Source: Phoronis australis (Eukaryota; Animalia; Phoronida). Taken from it: 64,000 nucleotides of DNA. Shown here one piece after another: positions 1 through 13,300 of the stretch. Each line of letters starts with the position of its first letter. The first letter of the stretch is position 1. The DNA is taken from the NCBI GenBank assembly GCA_002633005.1, contig NMRA01000232.1:422866-486865 (forward strand), given 5' to 3'. The position numbers and the translations under genes are program-made. Below the pieces are notes generated by a model. It made no database searches and was not told the DNA's origin. It saw only the letters and a list, made by a program, of their open reading frames with translations.

Positions 1-443
1 CAGGTATTAGAACTCACAGGTGCTTTTTTCAAAGGCATATTTAGACCTGGCGCTTGTTCAAGAAGGCCAAGTTTGCAGACCCGGTGCTTACTTACTGTCA
101 ACAAAATGCAGACGATCTCGTACAACAAAATGGATTTTCTTCAATTTCCTTACGTATACATTTAAAGCGAGCATTACGTCACTCGCAATTTTCAATGCTT
201 GTGATGCATTTTATTCATTGATTTGCCCACAATATTTCACTTATGTAATAATTAAATGTAGGCTCAAGACTATCTTGCAAAGCAGTGAATTGCATTCCAG
301 GTTCTTTCAATAAGTTAAGAATTATTCCCAGTGATTATTTGAGACCCGGCACTTATTAGCAACTGGTGAATACGTGTTTTTACTGGGCACTGATTTGAGA
401 CCATCACTTATTAAAGGAACAGCGCTAATATGCGACATTACAG
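1..443. mobile_element. Right part of a degenerate MITE/non-autonomous DNA transposon (possibly Tc1/mariner-like)
   Basis: Recurrent subterminal motif agacc(c/t)gg..ctta at ~44, ~77, ~341, ~396, ending in ...attacagt at ~443; left end outside the window so TIR/TSD unverifiable. Confidence 0.3.
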
Positions 444-1258
444 TTAGGCAACTATTGAGATTGTCCATATACTTTGTATGGAGATGATGTCACCACTCCA
501 TATTATGTCTATTGTTATTTTGTCTGAGTGTACTGTACACAATGTGCCACTGGTGTTGCTTATTCTCTGTATGTTATATAAGCACAAAGGCATTGTGAAG
601 TATGAACTGTTGTGGGGCTATTCCTGTTGCTATACTCTGTCTTGTCTAGAGATTAATAGGTCTAGCATTGGCATGCCATTGTTTTGGCTAACTCCCCTGT
701 GGCTTTGTATGAAAACACACCCTTTGTTTAGAAATAGGTCACACCTTTTAGCTTACCTGCACAGTTGGAGAGTGAATATTTTACTTGACTTAAGTGATGG
801 CTGTCCAATGATACTTTAAAAAACCCATCTTTGAAACAAATCATTTTGTCACAACATCCTGGTCAGAATTATGGCTTGTTTTATCTTGCATGTGCCCCAG
901 TCACACATTGTGTCTGACTCCAATCCACTCCATTTGTGGCAGATGCTCGTTATATCACCCAAAAATCAAGTGACTGTTTAGGTGCCAGAATCACTGTACA
1001 CTACCACTGATACGATAAAAAGTCACCCAACAGTGCTAGATGTGGGAATCAGGATACAACTGAGTTGCCGGTATCAGTCGAGTGTTGCCTACTTCATGAC
1101 CACTGGCATAGTAAAGCCTCCATCATGTGTCGGTGTGTAAGCTAAGAGGTGACAATGTCTGTGCTGATGTTTCCTCCTGCTCCTTGAGGGCATTACACTC
1201 TGAGTGATTTGATACTGTCTTGTTGGACTAAAACACCTGTATATAACCTATTGTGTAG

Positions 1259-1321
1259 AAGCTGGTTTATGCGGAGCGTGATGCCAAACAGCGTCTTCAA
1301 AGCAAGATGGTGCAGATGCAG
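1259..1321 (+). CDS. Gene 1 exon (phase 0/0), coiled-coil KLVYAERDAKQRLQSKMVQMQ
   Basis: tgtgtag|AAG...ATGCAG|gttatt; 63 nt open. Confidence 0.75.
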
Positions 1322-4300
1322 GTTATTTTACTTACCTTGTTTCTAGTTCTTGACCCTTCCGTGTAAAATGTAAAACCAGGGGACACTCACTTTCTTAATT
1401 TCTTTTTGTATTTTCTATTCAGCATGCTTTTTAATTGTGCTAATTCAATGTATTTCATGCGCCAAAAGTAATGGTTGCAAAAGTTTTCATTATCAATTTT
1501 TCATGTACTACCTGTCTGCAAATATTGGAAATTTTTGCAAAATGTTGTTTTATGGCATGGTTAAGCTAAAGTATACTAATTTTTATTAAAACATCTTTCT
1601 ATTTTTGTTGATAAACAGTCAAAGTTGAATTTTTTGTGTGTTGTACAAGTGGTGTAATTTGTCACGTTCCAATTTGCTCCCTGCTCCGTTTCCTGAGTAT
1701 ATAATTTAAAAAAGCAATGTTTTTGGTTTAGTTGAAATCTCCCCACTAATGAATTGCTCTTATATAGGATGAAGTTTTGAATAACAACATTGTGACATTT
1801 GATGGTGTCTTGATACTAGTTCTGTACTCACACTCTCAAACACTTGTGGACCTTAATTGCTCCCATCCTTGGCTGAGCCTAAACTGTGCGCCTCCAGTTT
1901 GTATCTTGTGAAGCCCTGGAAAATTAGTCATGATGGTATATTTCTGTCATGAAGAGGTTGATTAGCACTTAATTCTCTGTAAAGGTCTCACTGTTGCTAA
2001 GCTCACTATTGTCAGGTTACATTGTTGTGCTTGATTCTACACGTATCTACCCATTCCCACGATGGAGTTTTGTGAAATTATGATTCATTATGTTGTCATT
2101 AACAAGAGGGGTAATTGCCTTTTAATTGAGATTTTTTATTATTAATTTTTGAAATTCAAGAATTTCAAAGTGACTCAGTACAATGAAATAAATTAAACAG
2201 TTTTATTTGTTACCACTTGGTAATGATTTAAATAGCTTAGTACCACATTTGGTGTGGCAGTGCGAGTGTCTAACATCATTAACACATTTTTGTTGCTCAG
2301 TTTGTTTTGCTGATGAGCTTGTGACCTGGATCAAGTGTTTAATGAGCTTTGCATGCAATTGACCCGCATTTAATTTCTAGCTTATTAATGCAGCACCTTG
2401 TTTTTTACCAGAACCAGCACCAAACTGACGTTCAGACTAAAGAGCAAGCTTTAACACAGTTGAACACACAGCTGTTAACTCAAGAGGTGCTTACAACTAC
2501 TTTGTACCCAGTTCTTGTAAAAGTTGTTTTGTAATAGACAAAATGAGTTCATTTGACTAATTTGATAAATATTTCATGCTACATTACTGGAAATGATAAC
2601 AAATGTTATCAAAAATGAAATGTTGCTTAGTGACAAATCTTACAGGCTGATGTAAAAGTTGCGCAAACTGTCTAGTTACCCGTTTATTGCTTTCCTTGAG
2701 AAATTCGAGTACTGTACCATGTGCGTTCAAAAATTCATAGTGATTGTTACAGGATCATGTTTTAATAGAAAATATGCATTTTTTGTAAGTGCGGTTAATA
2801 ATTCCATTTACAGTGATAGTCTATTTATGGAAGCTACTGCATATTGGTCATTCACATTTTTCACTAATGGGTTTGTTTGGTGTACATCGTAATGTTGTTT
2901 AACGGACTATATTGTTGGTTTTCTAAAGAATAAAATTAATTCTAAGTTCACTCGGTGCATCAAGTATGAATAATTCAAGCTGCTGACAACAGTCTTTGTT
3001 AACTAAATCAGTGTACCTCTCAAATAACTTTTTCTCTTCATCGTACTGTCCTAGCTGGTCTACTTCACTGTACCCCATTCACCAAAACTCTGAGAAGAAA
3101 TTTTAAAATGTAACCAAAAATGAAAACTCATTTTGATTGTGTGTCCAAACGTCCTCCAAATCACAATGGAATGTCTGCAGCTCTTGCTCATGGCGTAATG
3201 ACTTATGCTTTAGAGCCAGTCACGGACAGACCAGCTGACGATAAGCCAACTTAACAACCAGGTACAACGGCTGCAGGTTAATATTTCTTGATTCTCCTGT
3301 TACAAAGCAATCAGAAACTAAGTTGAGCTGTGTTGAACGTCGTTCTTTGCTGTTGTATGCTGTCTTGGAAATACTCGTTTTCAAAAAGTATAGTACGTTA
3401 CTTTTTCTTTTAGTGTAAGGATGATTGACAACAAGATTATACTCTCGTGCAGGGGTTTTATATCTTTTCATTCTGTCTTATTTTCTTCCCACCTTCCTGA
3501 TATGCATTGCATGTCTTTGTCATGAATTTGCTATGAAAACAGTAGTTTTAGAATAAATTGGACAATGTTGAAATTTGGCAAAGTTTAGACCCACAGAATC
3601 ATTACTCGTTTCTTTAACCAGAACATGTTTCAGTTTTGAGAATTGGCCACTAGAAACAATATCACTCTAAACTCGGATTAAAGTTTTACAAAAATGCCAA
3701 TTTATTGCTACAAATCCTGAACTTAATTGCCTAATAATAGAGTCTTTTCACATTGTTTCGGGTGTGAGGTCAATTCATGCGTCAATAAGTGCACGAGTAT
3801 GCGAGAGATGCAAATGAAGGGGCATCACAACATTAAGTGCAAGTTGTGGTAAATGCTGCTCTTGGCAGCAGGTGTCGGATGTCGAGCGTAGTGTGCGATT
3901 GATAGCAGGACTTGCAAGAGATCTTCATTGGGTTGGTGCGCCTCTGTAGTAGTTAGTATTTTGTTAGTAAATGTACGTATGGCCTATGGCCTTGAATGTT
4001 TGAAATACATAAAAAATCTCATTAAATTTTTGCTTAAGTTTGTGTGGCCATTCACTGACTAACCTGCAGTCATTGCACTCTAAAATAATTCCGTAACTGC
4101 AGGTGTTGGCAAGCAAGACACTTTTTTACCAGCGATAAAGCTTCTACCCTTTCGTGCCTGATTTATCAACTGTTTACAGTGGCGGATTTAGAGTGGGGCC
4201 AAGGGGGCNNNNNNNNNNNNNNNNNNNNNNNNNCCCCCCTAAAATTCTCCCAGATTCCATTTGGCAATACGGGAGTGCGAAAGTCTGTCGGGCAAAATCC

Positions 4301-7300
4301 TGGCTAAGACTCTGCCCTGGCAACCTTCCTAACTTAAAATCCTGAATCCGCCCCTGGTTTACAATTAGTTTGAACAAATTTTTAACAGAATTCTGCAATG
4401 ATTTTTATGTGAAATAGGCTTCTGATAATTTAAACTGATTGACTTTTTAAAAATTGTAAAAATCTTGAGTCAGATGAAAACTATTGTGTTATTAAATAAA
4501 CTGAAATTTTGTGTTTTTTTAAATTAGGTACAATTATTGTACGAAATGATAACTTGCATAGTTGATGATTTTGTAAGCATGCAGTCAAACACAGAATAAA
4601 AACCGCATCCTCCCACCCAGTAGTCGGGGGTATTTTGCATACTGATATTTTCACTGTACAAGCAGAAGTTCTCTCCTGGCTACAGAAAACCGAAAGTAAA
4701 CACTACCCCTTCAATTGTACTCGTGCTATGTCTCGTGTACCACGCCATTTTGTGCTGGGCATGCGCATTATGGATGTGAAATTACTCTATTGTGGCAAGA
4801 CGTTCATCCAAGTGTGGCAGAGTGTGACAGAATTCTGTCTAAGTGTGTCTTGTTTATTTTGAAAACTACTGAGAAGCTTGTGCCACTCTGCAATTCCCAT
4901 TTCTCAAATGATAGCCTGAAGGTGGTGGTGCTGGTCGATTGGTTCTGGCTTGTGCTTGGCTTTCCCTTGCTTGCTTAGCAGCTTGCTTGGTGGCTCATGA
5001 TAAGAACACAGTTCTAATATATGTTTCTTGACTGTGTTGTTTCAAGTAGCAGTTATTCCTGGGGTATTGGAGGGTTTCTAGGATTTACAGTCAGGTGTTG
5101 AACTATGAACCTTGCTGATTATCAGTGTGTGACCACTGTTGCCTAGCGTACTTGTCCTGGTTAATGCCCATGAGTGCTTAAATGAGGAAACTCAGGTCAC
5201 TGATATCTTTTGAGCGGGCATTAAACAGAGCAAGGCATTTAAAAACAAAAAAATGAATTTATTTGAGATGTCAGGTTATTGTGTTTTACAAGTGGTCCAT
5301 TCAGGTAAATGATTGGAGACTTGTTTGTAGTCAGCATGGGGATGACTGCATTTTTGTGTAAAACAATTACAGTGCTCATTGTCGCACACTGAGTTTACAT
5401 ACAATTAGTAGAACAAAGATATTCAATGACTTGTAATGTTCATTTTGTGTCATTCAATGAACCACCTGTAAATGCTTCTGAGACAACAGTAACTATTCCA
5501 GCATTTTATCTTGCAGTCTCAGCTCAGTGAACTACAGAAACACCAGAATCAGATCATTCAAGGTAAGTTACCTCAGTTGATTATGTATTTTTGGCTGAAG
5601 TTAACATGGTCCATCATTGGTACCTTGATTTGGAGTTTTAAGAAAAAATATCAAAGTTTCAGAATGGTAAACATGAAGTATGTAGTCAAACAAATACTGT
5701 GTTGTATGAAATCCACCCTATCGTCGATACGGTTTCAAAAAAGTAAAAGTAACATAAAGTTTATAATGTTGGGTTTAAGAAGAAGTTGAACATTAAGCAT
5801 AGTCAGTTTCCGGCAGTGAGACTATATACAGATATTTACAAGTGTATAATAGCTTACTATTTTCAAGCTATAGCTTAATAGCTCAAAAAGCTTGAGGTCT
5901 TAAACTTGCCTTACCTTATGACTTTCAATTATTTTTTGACTAAATAATAGTCAGCCTTCTCAGTACATAACAGCCAAATGTATTTGAACTCTCCATTTGC
6001 TTGTAATGTTGTTTTTTCTCAAATAATAAATTGGTAAAGGCATTGAGTTAGAGTATACACTAACGCTCTATAATCACAGTTTCTTTTTTAGATGTTACAA
6101 GATTTTTCTGGATATTGCAGGGCAACAGCAAGATCAGAATGCAGTTCAAGGTTCGGTGTTTCGTGCAGCTGGACTTGGTCAGCAAGCTGCTCAGGGACAG
6201 GGCTTAGGTCATCAGGGACAGAATGTAGGTCAGCAGGGGCTGAATCTAGGTCAGCAAGGACAGAATTTGGGTCAGATGGCACAACATCTAGGTCAGATGG
6301 CGCAGAATCTAGGTCAGCTGCCACAGAATCTAGGTCAGCTGCCACAGAATCTAGGTCAGCAAGGACAGAATCTAGGTCAGCAAGGACAGAATCTAGGTCA
6401 GCAGGGACAGAATCTAGATCAGAAGGAACATAAAGCGGATCAGAAAGTAGAGGGTCAACAGGTGCAGAACTTAGGTCAACAAGAGCAAAATATGGGTCAG
6501 CGAGGACCAGGTGTTGGAGCACAACCTGGTGATGGCAATGCTGGTAAGTGGGGTAGTTCAGCTAGAGCTGATATGGAACATCAGAAATAAAGCATAAATG
6601 TAATCTGTTGTTGAACTGCTGTCACAGAATTCACTGCAAATGTGCTGTGTATTTAGCTTTAGTGTTGTAACGGTTGGTGTTTGTACCATGTGTCATTCGA
6701 ATTGTAACATGGCGCAAATGAAGAGACCTTCCATGGAAACTCAAATATCCCATGCGACATGGTTCATGGCTGAAGTACCCTCCCTTTGTCCCATGGGAAG
6801 TGGGTTTTTGAAAGCTAACTACTGTTGGCAAATTCTATACTGAAATGAAATCACCATAAATGATTACAGAATCTATCTATTGCACTCAGTTTTAACTGAA
6901 TTGGCGTAAAAGAAATCAAGACTTTTGGGAAATCTCATGTTATTTAAGGATGCCAAATCCTGTTTTGATAATTCAACCAATCGCTCTTCTATCATCTGTT
7001 AGTGCATCATTGTCATCCCACTTGAGTGATTAAAGCAGTAAAAACATATGTCATATGTTGGATATCATGGTTCTCAGTGGGCGGTCTTTCTGTCATGTAA
7101 CTCTCGTAAAGCATAAATCATTCTTGCCCATTAAGCAGACGTTGAAAGGGGTTTTCAAATTTTGCTCCAAACATATGAAGGTTGTCGAGGCTTACTAAGC
7201 GTTATTTTGTTTGAGAGAGTTATTTGCAATTCTGTCACTAGGCCAAAACCGGATTTGGTATCATTTTAAGAAATCAATGCATTTTGATGTACAGTATTTC

Positions 7301-10300
7301 TGAAATAAAGTGGCACGTGTGATTGTTGTGGAGGTATATATCGTGGTGTACTTGCTTAGAATCATTGTGTTGCTCAAGGAAATCGTGATAAAACTTAAAA
7401 GACACTGTCTTGGATTTCTAAACGAACTAGCTTTTGAGAGTGATTGTATATGCCCATAAGCACTTGTTGACTAAAAATTGTTCAAGAAGCCAGCGCTTGT
7501 GGCGCCCTCTTGTTGAACAAGCTTCTGCGTCTCATTTTACTAAAAGTGGAACTTCTTTGTGAGACATTCTTTAAGTCCAGTGTGTCCAGTTTTTAATATG
7601 TGAGCATCTCTCTCGCTGCAGTTAACCTGTCATTTTATTTGTATGAAAATTCACACTTAGTTACCAATTTCATTATTGTTTTACTAGCATATAATGTTGC
7701 CAATGAAAAGAATGGTCAGGCGTTGGCCAATGCTGGCGGTGACCAAGGAAACCAACAAAACAATATGGGTGAGTGCAAACAGGTATTGCTATTATGTACC
7801 ATTTGTGCCATGGTAAAATTGTGAGTGTTTGGTTTCAAAAGGCCAGTGGTCTATGACATAAATACATGCACATGTTATGTACCGCGACTATTACCAGATA
7901 TTCCTCTTGACTTTTTGAATCTTCTGATTTTGCATATTTCCTTGGTTTCCAGAACACCTTATCGTCATAGCATCTTGCTTCAGAGTTGACAAAACCTACA
8001 ACTCTGACTGTGTCTTGATGATGGGCAAGACAAATTCAGTTTGTTTGGTGTGAATTACTTTTAGTGCTTTTGTTACAGAAATTAATCATTAAATAACTCT
8101 TCAATTGTTGCCGTCTCGGGCAGGATTTTAAATAGTATTAATAGTACCCTGCAGCATTTTCTAACTAATGATCAGATATCATTTTGGATGATGTTGGATA
8201 AGAGTTTAGTAAAAATCATAATTATTACTTAGAAATCAACACTGTCTCTTTTGGCCTCTTGTCTTGGTATGTGCTTTTAACTGTTTTTTCTTGTTACCAG
8301 CACTCGACCTTAGATTGTGTTTGGCAATCTGGGAACAATCTCAAGTTGCTACGAAGTTGCCACTGCGAATATCAAAGTCAGACCTCAATAATTCACCCAA
8401 AATTCATTGCTAAGTTCGTGTTGACTTCCGACATTTTTACTAAAACATTTTTCTTAGTTTTATTTACCTTTGATTCTCTATTGTTCCATTTATTTTGTGA
8501 AATCAGTGCATTTGCCACTGCAGCAGTCAGCACACATCAAACATGCTTAAATTACAACAGGAAGTAAACAGATGGAAGTTGGAATTGTCTGGTGAAATAT
8601 GCACCACCAGTATATGTGATCGTCTGCGCTCTATGTTAGTTCATTGGTCAGAGAATGAAGTGTACATTTACGGGGAGAAATTGGAAAGGTATGTGTAAGA
8701 TACTGAGAATGGGGCATGTTGCGACCCTATGACCTTTGTTTAGTTGATGAATTTTACGCCGGGTCGCCAACCTCAGATTTCATTCGGTGACTTGGGATTT
8801 TCAGTTTTGGCAACCTGGGATTTTTGTCAAGTCACTAAGTGTTAAGTCACTAAATGGCGTTAAGCTAAGCGTCGATTGCTGGTTGCACTTTCCTTCTTGA
8901 TGAACATATGTGAAGGAAAAACCTGGTCAGTGTGCCCTCATGAAGTACAAGGCAAATCCACTCGGCTGTGTTGAACTGCAGCCTTATAAATAATTCTGCT
9001 GTGGCCTAATACTTCTTTTGTTTTCAGGTCAAAGACTACAGTTGAATAAGCCACTGAATCCCAAAGAGATGGAGGAAGAGAAAGAGAAGAATGAACAGGT
9101 GTAGTATTGTTATAATTTGTGAGCTTACCTGCTACCTGGCATGAGTCTTATGGACCCATTGAACACCATTTTCTATCAAAACTATCCATGACATCTGTCT
9201 AGCGGTAAAAGCACACCGGTGTTGGACAAAATAATTGGCAGAAAATTGATTAGCTTTTCAGTCTTCTAGGTTTTGTAACATTTTTATGAAGGTCTGCAAA
9301 TTTTCAAGATTTTGTCTATAATCAGTTTTCAAGATCTTGTCTAAACTCATTTTTCAATATCTGGGGCTTAGCTAAGACAAATCTTAATTTTTAGTAAATT
9401 TTAAAATAAATTATAGTTAAAGTTGTCTCAAAACCAATTCTAAAAAGAGATCTTAAGTTTGACTTAAGTGTTTGGCGCAAGTTTTGTCTTAATTTTGACT
9501 AACTTATTGAATGTGAAAGTTTCAAAGTTTGAAATTTAAGGCAAATCTTAAACTTAAGTCAAAAGTGAACTTAGGTTAGTTTCTTGGAACAGACCCCTTG
9601 TCTATACGCAGTTCCATGTCACACATGATGTAAACCTAAACCTGTTACAAAATATGCTTTCTGTTAAAAATGACTTTTGATTTGGACCATTTACCATGAG
9701 CTTGGCCTCAATTTGTTCCATAGACTGGTGAGCAGTTTATTAATACTGGAGACCAGACTCAAGTTATTTAATATCCCAAGCATGTCCTCAAGCAATTATT
9801 GTCAGTTCTTCCAAGCTGACATGCTTTTTTAGTCACACTGTGGTAAGTGGTCTGAATCAAAAGTTAAAAGTTTCCGTGACAAAATTTGTGTGGTGCCACT
9901 AGATTATAATGAGGCTTGGCTGTCTTCCATTTTGTTCGTCAAGATTTTCATTTGGAGTGCTGTAAAATAAAGTTGATAGGTTATGGCATGTAGTTACTTG
10001 TCAGAACTTGGTAACTGTTTCATACAAGTTGCTGTAGGACTCCATAATTACTCTGCGCGTGTAATGTAGTAGTAGTAGTAATACACTTTATTCACTTTAA
10101 GTCAAAAACCAAAAAATACAGTTGATACAGATTTACGCTTATGGAGACTCCGTGAAGGACCCGAGAGGTCCACTGACCACGGAGCCACCAGCGCAGAGTA
10201 CTGTTGTTCCTGGGTTTTCTTCAATTTTATTCTTCTTCTTATTCTTATTCTTCTTCCGACCAACTTTGAGGCTTAATAACTACTGATTGGGTGCAGGTAC

Positions 10301-13300
10301 GGTCTTTCAATTCAGCATATGATTTTTGACAGTATATAAATTTTGATTCGTGATATATTCATATTCCATAATGCACCGGAAGAGGTCATTTGGTGCAAAG
10401 GTCATGTAATTTTCAAAATGCTTTATTTTAAAAGCTATTCTTTTCAAATTCGGTACACAGGTATAAGGCAATTTAAAAAAATACTTTTCTAAGTAATCAG
10501 GTTATCGAATCAGGTTAAACAGGTCAAAGGTCATTAGGTGCAAACTAAGATTTTCAGCTAGACATTTCAAATTCACATGTCTGATTGACACAGGTAATTC
10601 AATTCGGAATCCAAAGTTTTAGGTCATTTAGTGCAAACATGGGGTCATTAGGTGCATTTTTGTTCTGAAAATTTGACCTTTTCATTCACCAAGTATTCTG
10701 ATGTGTCAACCGTTAGACAACTGTGATTCTCAGCATTAAACACATTTTTCATGGGCTTTGCAATAATTCTCCTAAAGACGCTTATAATGCACCGGATAGG
10801 GTCAATTAGTGCAAAGGTCATGTAACGTCCAAAATGTTATATCTCTTACGTTTTTCAAGGAATTGTTTTCACTTTCAGCACACTGGTGTAAGTCAAAATG
10901 CCAATTGAACACCCTACTTTAATGCGCAATAGGCCTAACCAATCAGAAAAAATAGGTCAAAGGTCATTGATTGCAAAATTAAAAATTTGAGCTAGAGACT
11001 TCAAAATTACATATTTGTTTACTAAATGCGATTGAGTTTTAATTCTAAATTTTCAGGTCATTTGGTTCACCCATGGGGTCATTGGGTGCATTTTTCTTCT
11101 AAAAGTTTGACCAATTCATTCATCTTGTATTCTGAAGTGCTTAAAGTAAAGCATCTGTGATTTTTAGCATTAACCACACTTTTAATCGAGTTTTCAATTA
11201 TTCCCTCATCGGGGCTCATAATGCACTGGAAGAGGTCAATTAGTGGAAAGGTCATCAAAAAATTAATATGTAATTTATCCTACAATTTTAAAGAATTCCT
11301 TTTCATATTGGTAAACGGGCTGTTGTCAGTAACTTGACATAATAATTCCAGTAATACGCACGCACAGAGTCCGTTATTGTCACGCCGTGACAATAATCTT
11401 TCTAGTTTATATGTGCTGTACAGTTACACTTTAATGTTCAAATACCAAAAAGACTTAAATGTAGATCTAGATGCCAGATTGATATCAATGGTAGTGTGAG
11501 GGATACAATGTGCAGAAGTCTTTGACTGGTCGAGATTTTGATGTTGAGGGTTTTGCCTGCATGTTCAGTAATTATCAAACACATTCTCTAAATGTGCAAA
11601 CACTTGATAAACCCAAAGATCTTTCTGCTTTAAACTAGAACGCATTGATCGTTTTTACATTACGGTTACTAAAAATACATTCAACTGATTGCCTGGTTAA
11701 TTTGGAAAGATATTCTTCTTTAATTACTGGTCACTTTGCATGTATTTACTATCAATAGAACAACAGGAAATGACAGAAACTATCCAGCAAAAGGCCAAAT
11801 TCTTTGTTACACATTCATTTCCACCGAGCAAAGATAATGTCCTAGTCGCTATTTAACACAGTCTGTGTTCTTTTGGTCATTTAACTGTCTTTGGTCAATG
11901 GTTGTGAATTGAGAACCAAGTTGTTTACCTTTTGGTAAGCTGTTAGTCTCAATGTTTTAGTGTTCCATGGACAGTAAATACATGTTGAGGGAGTAGAAAT
12001 TAATGTGGAAAAATGCCTCTTTAAACTAATCAAGGCTCTGAGTTTTTGCTAAAGGCAATATCAAATTGATAAAAAAGTGTTTGCTTTCCCTCTAAAAGTT
12101 TCAATCTTCCTTGTCTCACTCTCTGTTTTTGCTTGTATTCTCAGAGACACCAGGTCAATAAACCTCTCAACAGAGAAGGTGACCAAGAAACAGCTGATGG
12201 CGGAGGCCAGAACAACCAAGATGGTGGTAACAAGGAGGAACAGGGAGAGCTGGCCGGTGGTGGTGGTGGTGTAATCGCACGCCAGCAGGTGGCGCCACCT
12301 GGAAACAAGAATGAGGAGGAGAAAGTGAAGGCTGGGGACGAAGATGAAGAAACAAATGATGTGGAGAACGTGGATAAATACAAGAGACATGGTGAGTGGA
12401 CGGGGACAGCTTCCATGTACAGTGGCAGCCCCTTGACAATAGACATTTTACGGATTTATAACTAAGAAATGATTTCTCACCCCATTGTAATTTTTCGATT
12501 TTACGATCATTTTACTTAAGGTATGGGGTTCCCACATGATGTCGCACAAACTGGTTTTCAACAGAGTGTAACTAGATAAAATAGTTGAATTGGTAAAATT
12601 CAACATCATATCATATAATTGTTAACATTCATGATCGGAGTTGCTGGTTTATCAAGCAAATGGTGAAGTAATCGAGCAGTTTTTCCACTTATTAAAAGGC
12701 ATTTATTGGCAGCTTGGACTTGAAATGTACATTAAGCCATGATGTGCCTTGAAGTTTGTTTTTTGATTTTTTTGCACATAGCGCATAAAAGCTCACAGAT
12801 TGTTGTCACCCTGTCCGGCTATCCAGTTTTCCAGGTGTCCCTTCAATATCTCAACAACCTATGGTCTGATCTTATTAAGATGTGGCACAATTGTGGAGGG
12901 CCTTATGCCAACAAATTGCTGTGCCCATTGTATCATTTGGTGTTGTCCTTGCCAAACCTCATGATTGTTCTTCATGAAAGGAAGTAGACTAGGTCCTGCT
13001 AATTTTTGGATGCCTAATGCTGTGTTTTTGTGCAAATTGTCACATTTGTCGAAATACTGAAAATTGTGATGCCACGGACAAAAGATCTTTCTTGTACTCC
13101 TGTCCACTTCATTTTAATTTATTTAAGTAATAAAATTAAGAAATCTGCTTTTACTTTGAGTTAGTCTAGTATGTTATTTGAATAATGAGCATGCACTCTT
13201 TCTCTTTCAGCACCAGAGTTAAAGAATGTAAGTACCCTAGTTCCTTCATTTCCATTAACTTTTTTCTCTGCCACATGCGCCTTTTGGCAACTTACCTATT

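Noticed and set aside
1-10. cag|gtatta at the window start as a donor of an upstream exon
   Set aside because: No upstream context and it lies within a repeat-like segment.
3795-3930. ATGCAAAT octamer-containing block shared with ~26670-26820
   Set aside because: Looks like a dispersed decayed repeat; no evidence of snRNA gene or enhancer function.
6085-6092. Strong-looking acceptor ttttttag|ATG at 6091
   Set aside because: At phase 1 it leads to a stop at ~6205; the acceptor at 6120 preserves the frame.
6207-6416. Regular short repeats as a possible CRISPR array
   Set aside because: Contiguous tandem units with no unique spacers, inside a eukaryotic exon; no cas genes.
6088-6522. Overlapping ORFs 6088-6522 (-) and 6092-6433 (+) with ADLDSV/ESRSA repeats
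   Set aside because: Alternative-frame shadows of the stop-poor 21-bp repeat; only the GQQGQNL frame fits the flanking splice phases.
12061-12446. Several antisense and alternative-frame ORFs over the 12145-12391 exon
   Set aside because: Shadows of a GC-richer coding exon.
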